Source: Candidatus Endomicrobiellum trichonymphae
GTDB taxonomy: Bacteria; Elusimicrobiota; Elusimicrobia; UBA1565; UBA9628
Length of the DNA: 32,612 nucleotides
Direction: 5' to 3'
NCBI GenBank assembly: GCA_943372155.1
Contig: CALRXP010000002.1
Location: 1-32,612, forward strand
Program-made: the position numbers and the translations under genes
Shown here: one piece after another, positions 14,466-23,337 of the stretch
Numbering within the stretch: the stretch's first letter is position 1
Layout: each line of letters opens with the position of its first letter
Notes under the pieces: model-generated
What the model saw: the letters and a program-made list of their open reading frames with translations, nothing else
The model's database searches: none
What the model was told of the DNA's origin: nothing

Positions 14466-14759
14466 ATGGAGATCACGGAAATCCGCATCCATCTGCGCAA
14501 GGAAGACAAGCTGAAGGCGTTCGCCACGGTCACCTTCGATAAGGTTTTCGTGGTCCGCAACATGAAGGTGATCGAAAGCGACAAGGGCCTCATCCTCTGC
14601 ATGCCGTCGAGGAAGATGCCCGACGGGAGCTTCAAAGACGTCGCGCATCCGATCACCGTCGAATTTAGGACGCAACTGGAGAGCAAAGTGTTCGCCTGCT
14701 ACGAGCGGGAGGTTCTCCAGGCCGCTGCAGGGAATAAAGTCGACTCCCGGGTGGTGTAA
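14466..14759 (+). CDS. spoVG: Septation/regulatory protein SpoVG
   Basis: 97 aa, MEITEIRIHLRKEDKLKAFATVTFDKVFVVRNMKVIESDKGLILCMPSRKMPDGSFKDVAHPI, very similar in pattern to Bacillus SpoVG. Confidence 0.9.
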   Translation: MEITEIRIHLRKEDKLKAFATVTFDKVFVVRNMKVIESDKGLILCMPSRKMPDGSFKDVAHPITVEFRTQLESKVFACYEREVLQAAAGNKVDSRVV

Positions 14760-14815
14760 TGGTAACACAGAGGCCTTTGAAGCCTTTATTCGTGGTTCGA
14801 ATCCACGCCCGGGAA
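14745..14815 (+). tRNA. tRNA-Gln (anticodon UUG), no encoded CCA
   Basis: Cloverleaf folded by hand. Acceptor TCCCGGG/CCCGGGA (U1:A72, as in bacterial tRNA-Gln). D-stem GTGT/ACAC with a GG loop. Anticodon stem GAGGC/GCCTT with loop CT-TTG-AA. T-stem CGTGG/CCACG with loop TTCGAAT. Confidence 0.9.
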
Positions 14816-14836
14816 TGATTTAACAGGCAAAATAAC

Positions 14837-16225
14837 ATGAGCGCGACCAAAAAGGGACAAGGCCAGCTGTGCGTGCTGATCCTCGCCGCCGGTCAGGGCA
14901 CCCGGATGGAATCCACCATCCCGAAGGTGCTCCACCACGTCGGCGGGCGCCCCATGCTGTTCTACGTCCTGCGCATCGCCAACGCGCTCAAGCCCGGCTC
15001 CATCGGCGTCGTCGTCGGTCATGAGGCCCAGCAGGTCAAGGACGCCTCCGCGGAGATGCTCAAGTCCGTCGGCATCGCGCGTCCCCTGCAGATGATCCAT
15101 CAGAAGAAGCAGATGGGTTCCGGCAACGCCGTGCTCGAGGCGCTTCCCTACCTCAAGAAGTTTAAGACCGCGATGGTGATGTGCGGCGACACCCCGCTGC
15201 TCACCTACGAATCGATTTACAATCTCTACCTCACCCACGAGCAGCTCAAGGGCCAGGCGACGCTCCTGACCGCGCGCCTCGCGCAGCCGAAGGGCTACGG
15301 CCGCATCGTCCGCGGCGCGCTCGGCGAAGTGCAGCGCATCGTCGAAGAGTCGGTCGCGTCCCCGAAGGAGCTCGGCATTACCGAGGTCAATTCCGGCGCT
15401 TACTGCTTCGAAGTGGACGCGCTCGTGCAGGGCCTCAAGGAGATCGGCGCGAAGGGCCCGAAGAAGGAGCACTTCCTGACCGACGTGATGGAAGCCATCC
15501 GCGGCAAGGGCGGCCGTATTCACGCTTACACCTCCTCCAACTCCGAGGAGATCCAGGGCATCAACAACCGCGCCCAGCTCTCCGCCGCCGAGCGCGTCCT
15601 CAACAAGCGCATGCTCGAGCGCCTGATGATCTCCGGCGTCACGATCCGCGATCCGCAGTCGACGCACGTCGACGCCGACGTCGAGATCGGCCAGGACACC
15701 GTGATCTATCCCGGCACCATCCTGCGCGGCCACACCAAGATCGGCCGCATGTGCCGCATCGGGCCTTACACCCATATCGAGGACACGCAGATCGGTAACG
15801 AGTGCGAGGTCCGCTTCTCCTACGTGCTCCAGTCTCGCCTGCTCGAGAAGACGTCGGTCGGGCCGTTCGCTCACATCCGCCCCGAGTCGACGATCGGCCC
15901 GCGCGCGCGCATCGGCAACTTCACCGAGGTGAAGGCGTCGAAGATCGGCTTCGGCTCGAAGGTCAACCATCTCTCCTACATCGGCGACGCGGACATCGCC
16001 GAGGACGTCAACATCGGCGCGGGCACGATCACCTGCAACTACGACGGCAAGGAGAAGCACAAGACGACGATCGGCGCGAAGGCGTTCATCGGCTCCAACG
16101 TGAACCTGATCGCGCCGGTGAAGGTCGGCCGCGGGGCGAAGGTCGCCGCCGGCTCGACCGTGACCGAGGACGTTCCCGACGACGCTTTGGCGATCGCGCG
16201 CGCTCGCCAGGTGAACAAGACCTGA
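14837..16225 (+). CDS. glmU: Bifunctional UDP-N-acetylglucosamine diphosphorylase / glucosamine-1-phosphate N-acetyltransferase
   Basis: 462 aa. N-terminal [11 protein letters not shown] nucleotidyltransferase motif and a C-terminal left-handed beta-helix hexapeptide repeat region. Confidence 0.95.
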   Translation: MSATKKGQGQLCVLILAAGQGTRMESTIPKVLHHVGGRPMLFYVLRIANALKPGSIGVVVGHEAQQVKDASAEMLKSVGIARPLQMIHQKKQMGSGNAVLEALPYLKKFKTAMVMCGDTPLLTYESIYNLYLTHEQLKGQATLLTARLAQPKGYGRIVRGALGEVQRIVEESVASPKELGITEVNSGAYCFEVDALVQGLKEIGAKGPKKEHFLTDVMEAIRGKGGRIHAYTSSNSEEIQGINNRAQLSAAERVLNKRMLERLMISGVTIRDPQSTHVDADVEIGQDTVIYPGTILRGHTKIGRMCRIGPYTHIEDTQIGNECEVRFSYVLQSRLLEKTSVGPFAHIRPESTIGPRARIGNFTEVKASKIGFGSKVNHLSYIGDADIAEDVNIGAGTITCNYDGKEKHKTTIGAKAFIGSNVNLIAPVKVGRGAKVAAGSTVTEDVPDDALAIARARQVNKT

Positions 16226-16226
16226 T

Positions 16227-17249
16227 ATGGCCATCAAAACTCTCGAGAAGCCGGAGGCGCGCATGGCGTCACACAAGATCGTCGAAAAGCCCCTCCCCAT
16301 GGAAGGCGTGAAGACCCTCCGCGGCCTGAAGGTGTTCGCCGGGAACGCGAATCGCCCTCTTGCCGAGGACATCGCCAAGTACCTCGGCGTGCCCCTGGGC
16401 AAGACCCACGTCGGCCGCTTCGCCGACGGCGAGATCAACGTCCAGATCGACGAGAACGTGCGCGGCGCGGACTGCTACGTCATCCAGCCCACCTGCCGCC
16501 CGACCAACGAGAATTTGATGGAGCTGCTCATCATGATCGACGCGCTGCGCCGCGCGTCCGCGGGCCGCATCACGGCCGTCATGCCCTACTACGGCTACGC
16601 CCGCGCCGACCGCAAGACCGCGCCGCGCATGCCGATCACGTCGAAGCTCGTGGCCAACCTCATCGTCGAGTCCGGCGCCAACCGCGTCATCACCATGGAC
16701 CTCCATGCCGCGCAGATCCAGGGCTTCTTCGACATCCCGGTGGACCATCTCTACGCCGCCCCGATCCTCATCGACTACGTGAAGAAGAAGGCGCTCAAGA
16801 ATCTCGTTGTCGTGTCGCCCGACGTGGGCGGCGTCGAGCGCGCGCGCGCGTTCGCCAAGCGGCTCAATGCCCAGCTCTGCATCATCGACAAGCGGCGCCC
16901 GCGCCCGAACGAGGCCTCGGTCTACAACATCATCGGCGACGTGAAGGGTAAGAACTGCTTCATTCTCGACGACATGGTGGACACCGGCGGCACGCTCTGC
17001 AAGGTGGCCGACAAGATCCGCGAGAACGGCGCGCTGAAGGTTTACGCGGCCTGCATCCACGGCGTGCTGTCCGGCGCCGCTCACGACTTGATCGCCAAGT
17101 CCGCTTTAGAGGAAATGATCCTCACCGATTCGATCCCGGTCCATGCGCTGGCCGGGGGGAAACTGACGGTTCTGTCGATCGCGCCCCTCATGGGCGAAGC
17201 GATCGCTCGTAATCACCAGGGCAAGTCCATCAGCGCTTTGTTCGTCTAA
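16227..17249 (+). CDS. prs: Ribose-phosphate diphosphokinase
   Basis: [21 protein letters not shown]...[25 protein letters not shown], plus the PRPP motif DDMVDTGGT. The start is uncertain (ATG 16227, 16263 or 16299). Confidence 0.9.
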   Translation: MAIKTLEKPEARMASHKIVEKPLPMEGVKTLRGLKVFAGNANRPLAEDIAKYLGVPLGKTHVGRFADGEINVQIDENVRGADCYVIQPTCRPTNENLMELLIMIDALRRASAGRITAVMPYYGYARADRKTAPRMPITSKLVANLIVESGANRVITMDLHAAQIQGFFDIPVDHLYAAPILIDYVKKKALKNLVVVSPDVGGVERARAFAKRLNAQLCIIDKRRPRPNEASVYNIIGDVKGKNCFILDDMVDTGGTLCKVADKIRENGALKVYAACIHGVLSGAAHDLIAKSALEEMILTDSIPVHALAGGKLTVLSIAPLMGEAIARNHQGKSISALFV

Positions 17250-17256
17250 GACACAG

Positions 17257-17278
17257 GTCGGGCCCCTTCGGGCCCGAC
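17257..17278 (+). terminator. GC-rich hairpin after prs (9-bp stem GTCGGGCCC / GGGCCCGAC, loop CTTC), no U-tract
   Basis: Seen directly, 8 nt after the prs stop. The missing T-run makes intrinsic termination uncertain. Confidence 0.4.
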
Positions 17279-17329
17279 ACAGTTGAAGTTAAAGGAAGTT
17301 CTTGTAGCAACTAGGAGAGTAACCAAGTC

Positions 17330-18061
17330 ATGGAAATCACGTTGAACGTCGAAGTCCGCGCCGAGAAGGGCACCAAGAAGGCCCTCTCGACGCTCCGCGC
17401 GTCGTCCACCATCCCCGCCGTCGTGTACGGCGGCGAGAAGGCCCCGATCATGCTCGCGCTGTCCGAGAAGGATCTGATGGCCGCCCGCCGCAAAGGTGGC
17501 GCGAACGCCATTCTCCGCCTGAAGCACGCCAAGGGCGAAGAGACGGTCATCGTCAAGGAGCTGCAGCGGCACCCGGTCACCGACCGCCCCGTGCACGCCG
17601 ACTTCCAGCGCATCTCGCTGACCAAGAAGATCGAGGCCAAGGTCCCGCTGAACATCGTCGGCGAGGCCCCCGGCGTCAAGACGTCCGGCGGCATGATGTC
17701 CATCGACATGCGCGAGCTCCGCATCAAGGCTCTCCCGACGGCCATCCCGCAGCACATCGACGTCGACGTCTCCAAGCTCGAGCTGCACCAGGGCATCTCC
17801 GTCAAGGACCTCGTTCTCGCCGAGGGCGTCGAAATCCTCGACAGCGCCGAGGCCACCGTCATCCGCATCGTCGTCGCCAAGGTTGAAGTCGTGGCCGAGC
17901 CCGTGCCCGGCGCCGTCGTCGAAGGCGCCGTCGCCGCCGAGCCCGAATCCGCCTCCACCAAGGGCAAGAAGGACGAGGACGGCAAGGTCATCAAGGAAGA
18001 GGTCAAGCCCGGCGCTCCGGCGGCCGGTGCGAAGGACGCCAAGAAGGAACCGAAGAAGTAA
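17330..18061 (+). CDS. rplY: 50S ribosomal protein L25 / general stress protein Ctc, with a Lys/Ala/Glu-rich C-terminal tail
   Basis: 243 aa. RASSTIPAVVYGG and HPVTDRPVHADFQR motifs. AGGAGA Shine-Dalgarno sequence upstream. Confidence 0.9.
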   Translation: MEITLNVEVRAEKGTKKALSTLRASSTIPAVVYGGEKAPIMLALSEKDLMAARRKGGANAILRLKHAKGEETVIVKELQRHPVTDRPVHADFQRISLTKKIEAKVPLNIVGEAPGVKTSGGMMSIDMRELRIKALPTAIPQHIDVDVSKLELHQGISVKDLVLAEGVEILDSAEATVIRIVVAKVEVVAEPVPGAVVEGAVAAEPESASTKGKKDEDGKVIKEEVKPGAPAAGAKDAKKEPKK

Positions 18062-18073
18062 GCCTTTCCTCAC

Positions 18074-18634
18074 ATGGCGCTCAAGCTCGTCGTCGGTCTC
18101 GGCAACCCCGGGCCGGAATACGAGAAGACGCGCCACAACGTGGGCTTCCGCCTCGCCGACCGTTTGGTCGGCGGGGCGGATTCTTTTTGGAAGGACTTCA
18201 AGGGACTGGGCGTCGCGGCCAAGAGCGGCGACCTCTGGGTAGCGAAGCCCATGACCTACATGAACCTCTCCGGCGAATTCGTGCAGAAGTTCGCCGCGTA
18301 TCACAACATCGCCTTGGAGCATATCCTCATCGTCTATGACGAACTGGCGATCCCTTTGGGCAAATTGAGAATCCGCAAGAACGGATCGTCCGGGGGGCAG
18401 AACGGGATGAAGTCCATCATCCAGCACTTCGGCACCGAGAACGTGTCCCGCCTGCGCATCGGCATCGGGCCCCAGCCTGAAAAAATGGACGCCGCCGCCT
18501 TCGTGCTCGGCCGTTTCAACAAGAGCGAGGAAGGCGAGCTCGAAGCGGTGCTCGACCGCGCCGCCGAGGCCGTGAAGGTCGTGGCCGACAGCGGAGTGGA
18601 CGCGGCCATGAACCGCTATAATCCCGGCGTATGA
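18074..18634 (+). CDS. pth: Peptidyl-tRNA hydrolase
   Basis: MALKLVVGLGNPGPEYEKTRHNVGF...GGQNGMKSI motifs. Confidence 0.95.
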   Translation: MALKLVVGLGNPGPEYEKTRHNVGFRLADRLVGGADSFWKDFKGLGVAAKSGDLWVAKPMTYMNLSGEFVQKFAAYHNIALEHILIVYDELAIPLGKLRIRKNGSSGGQNGMKSIIQHFGTENVSRLRIGIGPQPEKMDAAAFVLGRFNKSEEGELEAVLDRAAEAVKVVADSGVDAAMNRYNPGV

Positions 18635-18849
18635 CACCGCATTTTAAGATCCTCGTCGGCCTGCTCAGCGGCGTCCTCGGCCTCGGGTATCTGTATCGGC
18701 CCGATTTGATCGAGCGCATGAACGCCGTTCTGCGCGACTATTTCCTCAACGACGCCTACATCGCCCTGGAACGCCGCAAGTGGGGAATGTTCTTCCTGCT
18801 GGTCGCCTTCCTGTTCCTGTACATGGGCTGGTCGTCCCTTCCGCGCTGA
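18631..18849 (+). CDS. Small membrane protein (72 aa, two predicted TM helices)
   Basis: ATGA overlap with pth. Hydrophobic segments ILVGLLSGVLGLGYL and MFFLLVAFLFLYMGW. Confidence 0.5.
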   Translation: MTPHFKILVGLLSGVLGLGYLYRPDLIERMNAVLRDYFLNDAYIALERRKWGMFFLLVAFLFLYMGWSSLPR

Positions 18850-18856
18850 GCTCCGC

Positions 18857-20203
18857 ATGAAAGAGCTCGAGACCCTGGCGCGCGACGCCGTCGCTTGGAT
18901 GAAAGCCCAGTCGGCCGGCACGCAGGCCGAACTCTATCTGTCCAGCGGCGAGGATCGTTCCCTGTCGCGCCGCGAAGGCGAGCGAGACGGCGTGGAGGCC
19001 GCGGAGAGCGCGGGCGCGGGCGTGCGCGTCCTTCGCGACGGCCGCGCCGGCTTCGCCGCCGCCGGCGGCGCCGATCTCGCCGCGATCAAAGAGCTGTACG
19101 CCCGCGCATTGGAGCAGCTCCCTCACGCCGAGCCCGACGCACGCCGGAACTTGCCCGGACCCCAGCCCGCGCCCGGCGACGCCGCCCTCGCGGAAACGTT
19201 GTGGGACGAAGCCTTGTTCACGGCGCCGTGGGACAAGGTCGAGACGCGTTTGAAGGAAGCCGAGGCCGCGGCGGCCGCCCAGCCGCACGTGTCCAAGATC
19301 ATGCGCGTCGAATACGCCGAGAGCCGCGGCCACGTCGTAGTCGCCGGCACGAGCGGGCTGTTCGCCAGCGAGCGCGGCGCGTCGGCCAGCGTCTCCTTGG
19401 TCGTGTCCGCCGAGTCCGGTCAGGAAATTCAGCTCGGCGAAGGCTATCGTTCCGAGCGTCGAGCGTCCTCCCTGGACTACGCCGCCGCCGGCCGCGAGGC
19501 GGGCCGGCGCGCGTCCTCCTTGCTCGGCGCGGGCCGCATCAAGGGAGGCAAGCGCTCCGTCCTCTTCGAGCCTTGGATCGGAGTCGAGTTCCTCGAGCTT
19601 TTGGCCGAGCTCCTGTCCGCCGATGAGGTTCAGGGCGGACGTTCCCTTCTCGCCGGCAAGCTCGGCCAAAGCGTGGCCTCCCCGTTCGTCACCCTACGCG
19701 ACGACCCGCGCCGCCCCGGCGGCCTCGGCTCCTCCCGCTTCGACGACGAGGGCCTGCCCACTCGCGACAAGGCCATGATCGAGAAGGGCATCCTGCGCGA
19801 GTACTTTCACGATTCCACCACGGCGGCACGCGACGGCCTGATTCCCAACGGCTGCGCTTACCGCGGTTCGTACGCGGGCTTGCCGGGTCCCGGAGCGTCG
19901 AACCTGTACCTGGCGCCCGGCTCCGGTACCCGCGACGCGCTCATCGCGGACACCAAGAGCGGCCTCCTCGTGGCCGAGGTCCTTGGCATGCACATGGTCG
20001 ACCCTGTCTCCGGCGCCTTCTCCGTCGGCGTCTCAGGCCTCTCGATCGTCAAGGGACGCGTCTCCGCTCCCGTCAAAGGCGCCATGCTCTCCGGCAACCT
20101 CATCGAGCTCCTGTCCCGCGTGGACGGCGTCGCCTCCGACCTGACCTTCCAAGGCTCCCTCGGCGCCCCCACCTTCCGCGTCTCGTCCTTAGACGTCGCC
20201 TAA
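18857..20203 (+). CDS. TldD/PmbA-family metallopeptidase (PmbA-like)
   Basis: 448 aa with family-typical layout, including GAGVRVLRDGRAGFA and C-terminal GAFSVGVSGL...GAPTFRV. Confidence 0.8.
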   Translation: MKELETLARDAVAWMKAQSAGTQAELYLSSGEDRSLSRREGERDGVEAAESAGAGVRVLRDGRAGFAAAGGADLAAIKELYARALEQLPHAEPDARRNLPGPQPAPGDAALAETLWDEALFTAPWDKVETRLKEAEAAAAAQPHVSKIMRVEYAESRGHVVVAGTSGLFASERGASASVSLVVSAESGQEIQLGEGYRSERRASSLDYAAAGREAGRRASSLLGAGRIKGGKRSVLFEPWIGVEFLELLAELLSADEVQGGRSLLAGKLGQSVASPFVTLRDDPRRPGGLGSSRFDDEGLPTRDKAMIEKGILREYFHDSTTAARDGLIPNGCAYRGSYAGLPGPGASNLYLAPGSGTRDALIADTKSGLLVAEVLGMHMVDPVSGAFSVGVSGLSIVKGRVSAPVKGAMLSGNLIELLSRVDGVASDLTFQGSLGAPTFRVSSLDVA

Positions 20204-20224
20204 CAGCGGCATCGTCGCATAATT

Positions 20225-20263
20225 GGGGTCAGACCCCGGCGTTGTTGCATTGTTAAAGGTCAG
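20225..20263. repeat. Left arm of a roughly 40-bp inverted repeat bracketing the PilZ gene
   Basis: GGGGTCAGACCCCGGCGTTGTTGCATTGTTAAAGGTCAG. It overlaps the PilZ stop codon (20260-20262). Confidence 0.75.
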
Positions 20264-20643
20264 CCCCAATACGAACGCATGAAGCCCTTATCATCGGCAT
20301 CGGGCGTTCGTCGGACGTGCTCGATGAGCCCGCGCAACGACTTCTCCTGGCCGCCGGTCAGGTTGAATGCGATGCCGTACTGAAAGGCGGACGGATCTTT
20401 GCCGGAGCGACCGGCTTCGCGGGCGACGCGACCGGGAAGGTCGAGAACGCCTTCTTTCCATTTAAGGCTGATGCGGTAGGTCGAACCCGTCTTGAGTAAG
20501 CCCTTCGTGCGTAGCAGACAGCCGCCGATGCTCAAGTCGAGAAGCACGCCTTCGCCGATGCGCACGCCGCCCACCGGACCGCTGAAGACTTCGACGGTCA
20601 GATCGCTCGGAAAGCGCGCGTGAACGCGACGGCTTTTATCCAT
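20260..20643 (-). CDS. PilZ domain protein (putative c-di-GMP receptor)
   Basis: 127 aa. RRVHARF (RxxxR) and DLSIGGC (D/NxSxxG) motifs. Confidence 0.8.
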   Translation of the reverse strand: MDKSRRVHARFPSDLTVEVFSGPVGGVRIGEGVLLDLSIGGCLLRTKGLLKTGSTYRISLKWKEGVLDLPGRVAREAGRSGKDPSAFQYGIAFNLTGGQEKSLRGLIEHVRRTPDADDKGFMRSYWG

Positions 20644-20705
20644 CGGGGGTAGGGTAGCCGGGCACCGTTACGGGGTCATTTCAGGAGAATCTCAAGATCG
20701 GAAGC

Positions 20706-20745
20706 CTGACCCTTTAACAATGCAACAATGGTGGGGTCAGACCCC
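20706..20745. repeat. Right arm of the inverted repeat bracketing the PilZ gene
   Basis: CTGACCCTTTAACAATGCAACAATGGTGGGGTCAGACCCC. Its reverse complement matches the left arm at 35 of 40 aligned columns, including a perfect 18-nt core TTGTTGCATTGTTAAAGG. Confidence 0.75.
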
Positions 20746-20752
20746 TCATTCG

Positions 20753-21544
20753 TTAGCTGGAGCTGGAGGTGTAGCGGGCGACGGAGTTCTTCCAGAACAG
20801 CCAAGACAGGGGCAAGGCGACGGCCGTGAGGACCAAGGCGTAGGCGATCCAGCCGTACGACAGCCGACCGAGCAGGGCCTTGGCGGGGAAGGTGGTCATG
20901 ACCGCGATCGGAATCCCCAGCGTCAGCGCCCAGCGGACGGCGGGGGCGTAGACGTCGACGGGGAACTTGCCCATGAACATCACGTCGCGGTAGATCCAGA
21001 TCGCGCTTTCGAGCTCCTGGGTGCGAACGGCGAGCGCGGCGACGAGTACGTGGATCGCGTAAATCAGGCCCACGCCGTTGACCATGAGCAGGCCGTATGC
21101 GGCGTAGCGCTCCCAGCCGAGCGGCGGCAGGCGCGCGAAGACCATGCCGGTCATGACGATCACGGGTATGATGGTCACGATGTCGAGGAAGTCCACCGTC
21201 GAGCACGTCATACGAAACAGCGGCGAGCAGGGCTGGACCAGGTAGAAGTCGAAGTCGCCCTCGCTGACCGTGCGACGCGCCCCGTAGACGCCGCGGAACA
21301 GAATCTGCGCGGTCATGTCCACGAGGTTGAAGGTCATGAAGAATAGGGCGGTCTCGACGAGCGAGTAGCCGGCCACCGTCTCCACGTGCTGGAACACGGC
21401 GGCCATAAAGGCGAAAAAGAAGAACAGGCGGATCATCTTGCCGAGCAGGAAGCCGAAGGAGCCTAGGCGGTAGGTGAGCTGGGCCTGCATCGCCATTGAG
21501 GCGGTGCGCAGCCAGATTCTCCAATACTTCTTGAGCACCGGCAT
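20753..21544 (-). CDS. ABC-2 family transporter permease (DUF990-like)
   Basis: 263 aa, multi-TM hydrophobic profile. Directly abuts the preceding permease gene. Confidence 0.8.
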   Translation of the reverse strand: MPVLKKYWRIWLRTASMAMQAQLTYRLGSFGFLLGKMIRLFFFFAFMAAVFQHVETVAGYSLVETALFFMTFNLVDMTAQILFRGVYGARRTVSEGDFDFYLVQPCSPLFRMTCSTVDFLDIVTIIPVIVMTGMVFARLPPLGWERYAAYGLLMVNGVGLIYAIHVLVAALAVRTQELESAIWIYRDVMFMGKFPVDVYAPAVRWALTLGIPIAVMTTFPAKALLGRLSYGWIAYALVLTAVALPLSWLFWKNSVARYTSSSS

Positions 21545-22336
21545 TTAGCCGCCCTCCGCGGCGTAGGAGCGCACGCCCCGCGTCCAAACCATCATCGCGG
21601 CCGTATAGACGGCGACGAGCCAGAGAGATTCCATCGCGATGAGGTGAACGGCCTCGGCGGGGGAGACCTTCTCGAGGAACACGCGCACCGGGAAGTAGAC
21701 CATGTACGGGAACGGCGTCATCTCGAGCAGCTTGCGCAGAGCCAGGGGCAAGACGTCGAGTGGGAAGAAGGCGCCGGCGGCGAACTGTAGGAACAGCTCG
21801 AAGCAGAACAGCGGGCCGCCGGATTCCGAGGTCCAAAAGGCGAGCGAGCTGATCATGAACTCGAGAAAGAAGAACAGCAGCGAGGACAGCAGCACCGCGA
21901 CAGAGAACAGCAGCCAGGTGACCGGGTCCTTGGGCAGGAACAGTCCGCCGTGCACGAGCAAGGCGAGCAGGCCGACCTCGAAGAAGGAGGCGATCACGTG
22001 CACGGTCTTCTGCGCCATATCGAGCGAGAGCGCGTAGCCGTGGTAGCTCAGCGGGCGGACGAGGTAGGAGGAAATCTTGCCGGAGGAGATCTCACCCACC
22101 AGCTGCCAGCCGCGGCCGGTGAAGACGAAGGAGCGCAGAATATTCAGGGCGAGAACGTAGGTGAGCATCTCGGCGCGGTTGTAGCCGAGGAAGGTGGCCT
22201 TGTCGCCGATGAGCGCGGTCCAGAACGAGTAAAGGCTGACCACCACGGCGAAGCCGCCTAGGCGGTCCATGATCAGGGTCGACCTTCTCTGCAAGGTCTC
22301 CTGAAGCGCGATTTTGTACGCGACCCAGTACGTCAT
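21545..22336 (-). CDS. ABC-2 family transporter permease (DUF990-like)
   Basis: 263 aa, multi-TM. ATGA overlap with the ATPase gene. Confidence 0.8.
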   Translation of the reverse strand: MTYWVAYKIALQETLQRRSTLIMDRLGGFAVVVSLYSFWTALIGDKATFLGYNRAEMLTYVLALNILRSFVFTGRGWQLVGEISSGKISSYLVRPLSYHGYALSLDMAQKTVHVIASFFEVGLLALLVHGGLFLPKDPVTWLLFSVAVLLSSLLFFFLEFMISSLAFWTSESGGPLFCFELFLQFAAGAFFPLDVLPLALRKLLEMTPFPYMVYFPVRVFLEKVSPAEAVHLIAMESLWLVAVYTAAMMVWTRGVRSYAAEGG

Positions 22337-23337
22337 GAGTGCGTGAAGAGGCGGCGGACGATGTCGTCGATGGCGACCTCTTCCACGTTGAGGTCGGCCA
22401 CGGGGTAGGAGCTCAGCAGGGCGCCGGCGCTCGCGGCCATTTTGGCGCGCGGCACCTCGAGGGTGACGGTCAGGTCCTCGTACTTCACCACGGTGCCGAA
22501 GCTCTTGAGGTCGGCGGGATCCACGGGGGTCGTGAAGCGGGCGCGGAGAATCTTGTGGTCGGCGTAGCGCTCGACGAGGCGGTCAAGCGCGCCGTCGTAG
22601 AGCAGGCGGCCTTTTTCGATCACGATGACGCGCTTGCACAGCTCCACGACGTCGGTCATGTTGTGGCTCGTCAGCATGATCGTGGCGCCGGAGCGCTTGT
22701 TGTAGGCTTTGATGAACTCGCGCACGTTCTTCTGCATGACGACGTCGAGGCCGATCGTCGGCTCGTCGAGCAGAAGAAGCCTCGGACGGTGGAGCAGGGC
22801 GGCGGCCAGCTCGCACCGCATGCGTTGGCCCAGCGAGAGCTTCTTGACCGGAACCGCCAGGTGCTCGCCGAGCTCGAGAAGTTCCACGAGCTCGTCGAGC
22901 TGCTTGCGGAAATCCGCCTCGGACAGGCCGTAGATCGCCTGATTGAGCTTGAACGTCTCGAAGGCGGGGATCTCCCACCAGAGCTGGGAGCGCTGGCCCA
23001 TGACGAGGGAGATCGAGCGCTGGAACGCGGGCTCGCGCTTCCAGGGAACGTGTCCCAAGGCCGTGGCCTCTCCGCCGGTGGGCGTCAGGAGACCCGAGAG
23101 CATCTTGAGGGTGGTCGTTTTGCCGGCGCCGTTGGCGCCCAAAAAGCCCACGAGCTCGCCTTCCTGGATCGTGAAGGTGACGCCGTCGACGGCGCGGGTG
23201 TCCTTGTACTTCCGGTCGAACAGGGATTTAACGCCGCCCCACAGCCCCGGCTCCTTTAAAGGAGAGCGGTAATCCTTGGTGAGGCCTTTCGTCTCGATCG
23301 CGACGGACAAAGGGTTAGCCCCTCTTGCCCATCTCAC
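22333..23337 (-). CDS. ABC transporter ATP-binding protein
   Basis: Walker A GANGAGKTTT, signature LSLGQRMR, Walker B LLLLDEPT. The GTG start at 23337 overlaps the def 3' end; a downstream TTG start is also possible. Confidence 0.9.
   Translation of the reverse strand: MRWARGANPLSVAIETKGLTKDYRSPLKEPGLWGGVKSLFDRKYKDTRAVDGVTFTIQEGELVGFLGANGAGKTTTLKMLSGLLTPTGGEATALGHVPWKREPAFQRSISLVMGQRSQLWWEIPAFETFKLNQAIYGLSEADFRKQLDELVELLELGEHLAVPVKKLSLGQRMRCELAAALLHRPRLLLLDEPTIGLDVVMQKNVREFIKAYNKRSGATIMLTSHNMTDVVELCKRVIVIEKGRLLYDGALDRLVERYADHKILRARFTTPVDPADLKSFGTVVKYEDLTVTLEVPRAKMAASAGALLSSYPVADLNVEEVAIDDIVRRLFTHS

Noticed and set aside
14786-16438. 550-aa minus-strand ORF antisense to glmU. Similar long antisense or out-of-frame ORFs occur at 17246..18637 (463 aa), 11450..12709 (419 aa), 12673..13815 (380 aa), 20676..21836 (386 aa), 3986..4978, 22339..23259, 25240..26232 and 27164..28006.
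   Set aside because: Their translations are Arg/Ala/Gly/Asp/His-rich low-information strings typical of stop-codon-poor antisense frames in about 70% GC DNA. In every case the opposite or alternative frame encodes a protein with clear family motifs.
13570-18634. The ispE-spoVG-tRNA-Gln-glmU-prs-ctc-pth block as a potentially unusual cluster.
   Set aside because: This gene order is a widely conserved housekeeping arrangement in many bacterial phyla. Only the spoVG/tRNA overlap within it is noteworthy.
20650-20658. A third occurrence of the 9-mer TAGGGTAGC (also at 7734-7742 and 7760-7768), just upstream of the PilZ start codon, hinting at a link between the island repeats and the PilZ unit.
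   Set aside because: Two of the three copies belong to one tandem repeat, so this is effectively a single extra 9-mer match in about 65 kb of two-strand sequence. That is compatible with chance, and the flanking sequence shows no similarity.
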